From contig MFEL01000010.1 in assembly GCA_001777575.1 (NCBI GenBank), forward strand, positions 20,661-84,660: a DNA stretch of 64,000 nt, read 5' to 3'. Below the pieces are notes generated by a model, which did not search any database, had not been told where the DNA came from, and saw only the letters and a list, made by a program, of their open reading frames with translations. The position numbers and the translations under genes were made by a program. Of this stretch, positions 60,683 to 64,000 are shown piece after piece; position 1 is the stretch's first letter; every line of letters begins with the position of its first letter. The stretch comes from Candidatus Doudnabacteria bacterium RIFCSPHIGHO2_01_FULL_46_24 (GTDB taxonomy: Bacteria; Patescibacteriota; Doudnabacteria; UBA920; O2-02-FULL-48-8).

Positions 60683-61843
60683 TCATAATTTAATTAAGGA
60701 ATTAAGAAATGCTCTGCTTGCAGCTCTGTCAATTTTGTTGTTTGGCGAAAAAATCAATCTGCCGATTGTCTCACCCTCAAATTGCGTTACCCCGCGAGAG
60801 TTTCTGCCCGACCAATGTTTGAGCAAAATCGTTGACTTTAATAAATTAACCTGAAACATTGAAATTAAAACCTTGTTCACTATTTTATTCGTCTCAATTC
60901 CGATAAAATAAAACATGAACACCGATTTGTCGGTTGCCAGAAATTCGAGCAGCTTATCAATGTTGTATCCCTTAGGATTTGAGCTAAGCACCATTATCTT
61001 TGTTTTGACATCTGTTGCCGTGTCATATTTATCGAATGTGCAAATATAATCGGCAAGTCTATTTTTTGTCCTGAATCCCGGAATAACATTACTACTATCG
61101 TGTAGTGCCTTAACTAAACTTTCTCTCAATTTTTCATCCTCACCTGCAATCAGATATTCAATAATTCTCCCCCTGATATTCACGTTTTCAATAAAGCCAG
61201 CAATCAGAATTTCGGTTTTATACTTCTCAACCTTGGCGTCTAACTCCGCCTTCAATTGCGAATATTCTTTTGATCCCACAAAATCAGCCGCTCGTTCGGG
61301 TGCGTTTTGTATCACCTTTTTTGCGGCTGATGAAACTTCAAACTTTTTACCCGAAGGACTGATGTTTGTGGTCGCTTCTACAAGTCGAGCAAGGTTGCCT
61401 TCAAAGCCCAATTCGGCATGAATACTAAATAGCTTCTCAAAATTCTCTGGTGAATTTGTTAAATCCCCGAACTTTTTTGCAATATCCGAACCGTTAATAC
61501 TTCCACGGATATTATCAATCCGCAGTAATTGAGAACTATGACTTATTTTTTGCAAAAAAGTTGTATTTGCTAAATAAAGGACATTCTTTAACGGCGTTAT
61601 TAAGCAAACAATAAACGGCAAGTCATCATATTTTTGTAGATTTGAAAGTGAAATTACGGTATTTGAAAAACTCAACGAGGAAGAATAGCTGAAACGAACA
61701 GAAAAATGCTTTGAATAATAGACCGATTTATCTTTAGTCAGCTTGAATTTTTTCTGCACTTCACTAATCAAGTTTGCTTTATTGGCAACCCCGCCTTTCG
61801 ATTTTATGAAGTTGATAAATAAAACTATATCTTCGTGCATCAT
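60683..61843 (-). CDS. Putative type II restriction endonuclease
   Basis: AT-rich 386-aa ORF coupled (ATGA) to a DNA MTase; possible D..D.K motif (ADY...TDVKTK). Confidence 0.5.
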   Translation of the reverse strand: MMHEDIVLFINFIKSKGGVANKANLISEVQKKFKLTKDKSVYYSKHFSVRFSYSSSLSFSNTVISLSNLQKYDDLPFIVCLITPLKNVLYLANTTFLQKISHSSQLLRIDNIRGSINGSDIAKKFGDLTNSPENFEKLFSIHAELGFEGNLARLVEATTNISPSGKKFEVSSAAKKVIQNAPERAADFVGSKEYSQLKAELDAKVEKYKTEILIAGFIENVNIRGRIIEYLIAGEDEKLRESLVKALHDSSNVIPGFRTKNRLADYICTFDKYDTATDVKTKIMVLSSNPKGYNIDKLLEFLATDKSVFMFYFIGIETNKIVNKVLISMFQVNLLKSTILLKHWSGRNSRGVTQFEGETIGRLIFSPNNKIDRAASRAFLNSLIKL

Positions 61844-62850
61844 AGTAATTTTGAATTAAACAGATTTCCCGATTTTTCCTGATCTTTCTTTCCATTTCCG
61901 TTCATCTGTTCATTGAGCGTATTTCTTTCCCAAAAAACGCCGTCAGAATATCCTTGTATAATTTTATTCTGTCGCGCATTTTCTAAGCGTTTTTCTGCTA
62001 AACAGCAATATAGCTCATCTATATCAATGCCAACATATTTACGCCCTAACTTATGCGCGACAACAGACGTTGTTCCCGAACCCAAAAATGGATCAAAAAC
62101 AACATCATTTGGCCTTGAGCTCGCTAAAATTATTTTGGCTACAAGTTTTTCCGGTTTTTGGGTCGGGTGGTCCGTATTTTCAGGCATAGACCAAAACGGG
62201 ATTGCAATATCGGTCCAAACATTCGAGGGATGAGTGATTCTATATTTCCCGTCGCCGTTATCTTCCCAATCTTTAGGTTTTCCGTTCTCGTCTTTATACG
62301 GCGCGATAACTTTACGCTTCATTTTTACCGCTTCAACATCAAAATGATAGTCGTCTGACAAAGTGCAGAACCAAATATCTTCAGAGCAATTTTTCCAGTT
62401 TGATTTTGCGCCTCGCCCTTTTTCTCGTTCAAAAGTAATGCGATTTTGAATTTGAAAATACTTTTTTGCAACGTTTAAAATTGCTCCGGACGACTTCCAG
62501 TCTCCGCAAATATAGATCGAAGCGTGGGGTTTTAAAAGACGAATAATTTTTTGAACCCATGAATCCAGCCACTCCTCGTATTTTTCTGACTCCATTGCTT
62601 TAAATGAAGTAAGGTTGAACGTTTTGTTTAGATTGTATGGAGGGTCAACAAAAACAAGATCAACAAACTTATCGGGCAAATGTTCCAGCGCTTCAAAAAT
62701 ATTTTGATGTATTGTTTTGTTTTCTATCTCGTTCAAAGATGCCGGCTTGTCCAGTTTTATTAAACGCTGTTTGAGCATTGAAATATCCTCATCACTCAAA
62801 GTCATGGTGCGATTTCGGGGCGCTCTTTGTTTTTGGGATATTTCATTCAT
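61840..62850 (-). CDS. Site-specific amino-DNA methyltransferase (beta class, N4C/N6A)
   Basis: DPPY precedes HPTQKP and DPFLGSGTT. Confidence 0.9.
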   Translation of the reverse strand: MNEISQKQRAPRNRTMTLSDEDISMLKQRLIKLDKPASLNEIENKTIHQNIFEALEHLPDKFVDLVFVDPPYNLNKTFNLTSFKAMESEKYEEWLDSWVQKIIRLLKPHASIYICGDWKSSGAILNVAKKYFQIQNRITFEREKGRGAKSNWKNCSEDIWFCTLSDDYHFDVEAVKMKRKVIAPYKDENGKPKDWEDNGDGKYRITHPSNVWTDIAIPFWSMPENTDHPTQKPEKLVAKIILASSRPNDVVFDPFLGSGTTSVVAHKLGRKYVGIDIDELYCCLAEKRLENARQNKIIQGYSDGVFWERNTLNEQMNGNGKKDQEKSGNLFNSKLL

Positions 62851-62898
62851 TCTTTTATAAGTATACTCCGGGATTAGCTTTAAAAAAAGTGGTTTAAT

Positions 62899-63078
62899 TC
62901 ACAAGCCTGGCTTCACATTGACTCTTAAAGGCCTCTCAGCAGCGCTGGCGACCGGGACAACTGCCGATGAGCCAGGTCCCAGCGGCTGTCCCTCTGTCTG
63001 CCTACTGCTCCATAACAAAACGGCGAGGATTATTATTCCAAGGGCGATGACGATTTTGATAATCAAAGATTTGTTCAT
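62899..63078 (-). CDS. Small membrane-anchored hypothetical protein (59 aa, below the ORF-track cutoff)
   Basis: MNKSLIIKIVIALGIIILAVLLWSSRQ...; ATG 2 nt after cls stop. Confidence 0.6.
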   Translation of the reverse strand: MNKSLIIKIVIALGIIILAVLLWSSRQTEGQPLGPGSSAVVPVASAAERPLRVNVKPGL

Positions 63079-63079
63079 A

Positions 63080-64000
63080 TCACATAAAATGGTGGGCAGG
63101 CCAGGTCAATAACTCCAGAACTTTCTGGCGCCAAGGCCTTTTCCCCCATTCAAACGGTGACACGACCTTGGCAAATTGCAAGTCATCCAAAAATTGCTGC
63201 TTGAGCTCTCGATTGAAATTTTTGTTGGTGCTGACGATGTTGGCCTCGTATTGAAACTTAAAACTGAGGTTGTCGAGGTTGGCGCTGCCCACCGACCCCC
63301 ACTCGTCATCAATGATCGCGGTTTTGGTATGGAGGATAGTTTTTTGATAGCGATAAATCTTGATTCCGGCATTGAAAGCCAGACCGAAGTACGAGCTGGC
63401 GGCGATATCCAATGATCTAAGGTCAGAAAATTCCGGCAGCAGCAATATGACTTCCACTCCCCGCCGGGCCGCCAGGCGCAGGCTGCGGAAAAATCCCCAA
63501 TCCGGCACAAAATATGGGGTCGTCAAATAAATGTAGCGTCTCGCCCCACGGATGGCGTCGATTAAGGAATCACGGATGTGGCGCTGGCTGCCCATCGGCC
63601 GCAAAATCGGCGAATTGGTCACATACCAGAATCCTGGAGCGGGTACAATGTCGTCCTTCAAATCCAAAAATTTGCTCTTGACCGTGGTCTCCCACATGCC
63701 GACAAAGCAGGCTTCCATGGATTTCACGATTGGGCCGGTGAAACGAATATTAGTGTCGCGCCAGTCCGCCATCTGGAATTTAACGCCCAAACTTCCGGTG
63801 TGCCCAATTTGAGAATCGACGATTAGCAATTTCTTATGGTCGCGGAAAAACCAGGACGTGAAATTGGTCAGCCGCCAGGGGCTGATGGGGTTGAAAAACA
63901 TCACCTGAATCCCGGCTTCCGAGAGTTTTTTGGGATATTGCGAGTTATAAAGGTTCCAGCTGCCCACGGCGTCGCACAAAAGTCTGATGCGTACGCCATG
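63080..64000 (-). CDS. cls: Cardiolipin synthase / phospholipase D (5' end outside window)
   Basis: Two HKD motifs (RDHKKLLIVD, LHTKTAIID), TPYFVP, GSANLD. Confidence 0.9.
   Translation of the reverse strand, partial: HGVRIRLLCDAVGSWNLYNSQYPKKLSEAGIQVMFFNPISPWRLTNFTSWFFRDHKKLLIVDSQIGHTGSLGVKFQMADWRDTNIRFTGPIVKSMEACFVGMWETTVKSKFLDLKDDIVPAPGFWYVTNSPILRPMGSQRHIRDSLIDAIRGARRYIYLTTPYFVPDWGFFRSLRLAARRGVEVILLLPEFSDLRSLDIAASSYFGLAFNAGIKIYRYQKTILHTKTAIIDDEWGSVGSANLDNLSFKFQYEANIVSTNKNFNRELKQQFLDDLQFAKVVSPFEWGKRPWRQKVLELLTWPAHHFM

Overview
A 64-kb chromosomal segment of a small-genome bacterium using genetic code 11. The gene set looks like Patescibacteria/CPR; that assignment is inference. Most of it is housekeeping: pcrA-like helicase-nuclease, gyrB, secE-nusG-rplK-rplA, a tmk-dcd-CYTH-thyA-HAD-folA dTTP cluster, frameshifted prfB, ftsEX, rplI, pyrG, rpmA, iscS, gltX, def-fmt, a P-type ATPase, hppA, mnmA, secDF and tRNA-Gln(CTG). 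Orphan genes, a LAGLIDADG gene and a probable type II R-M pair are interspersed. The most unusual signals are mostly non-coding or sub-genic. (1) Four 99-101 bp elements share terminal inverted repeats (YCCCGTTA...AACGGGR) but have unrelated interiors; three have a TGAA duplication at a start or stop codon and one interrupts an EnvC-like gene. (2) Many 7-nt-period microrepeats and palindromes sit in-frame inside core genes or next to start codons. (3) A 28-bp palindrome occurs three times and is tied to a TrpR/YerC-like repressor promoter. (4) A single-chain, mitochondrial-type PheRS lies next to a free-standing PheT B2 domain. No CRISPR array, rRNA gene or transposase was seen.
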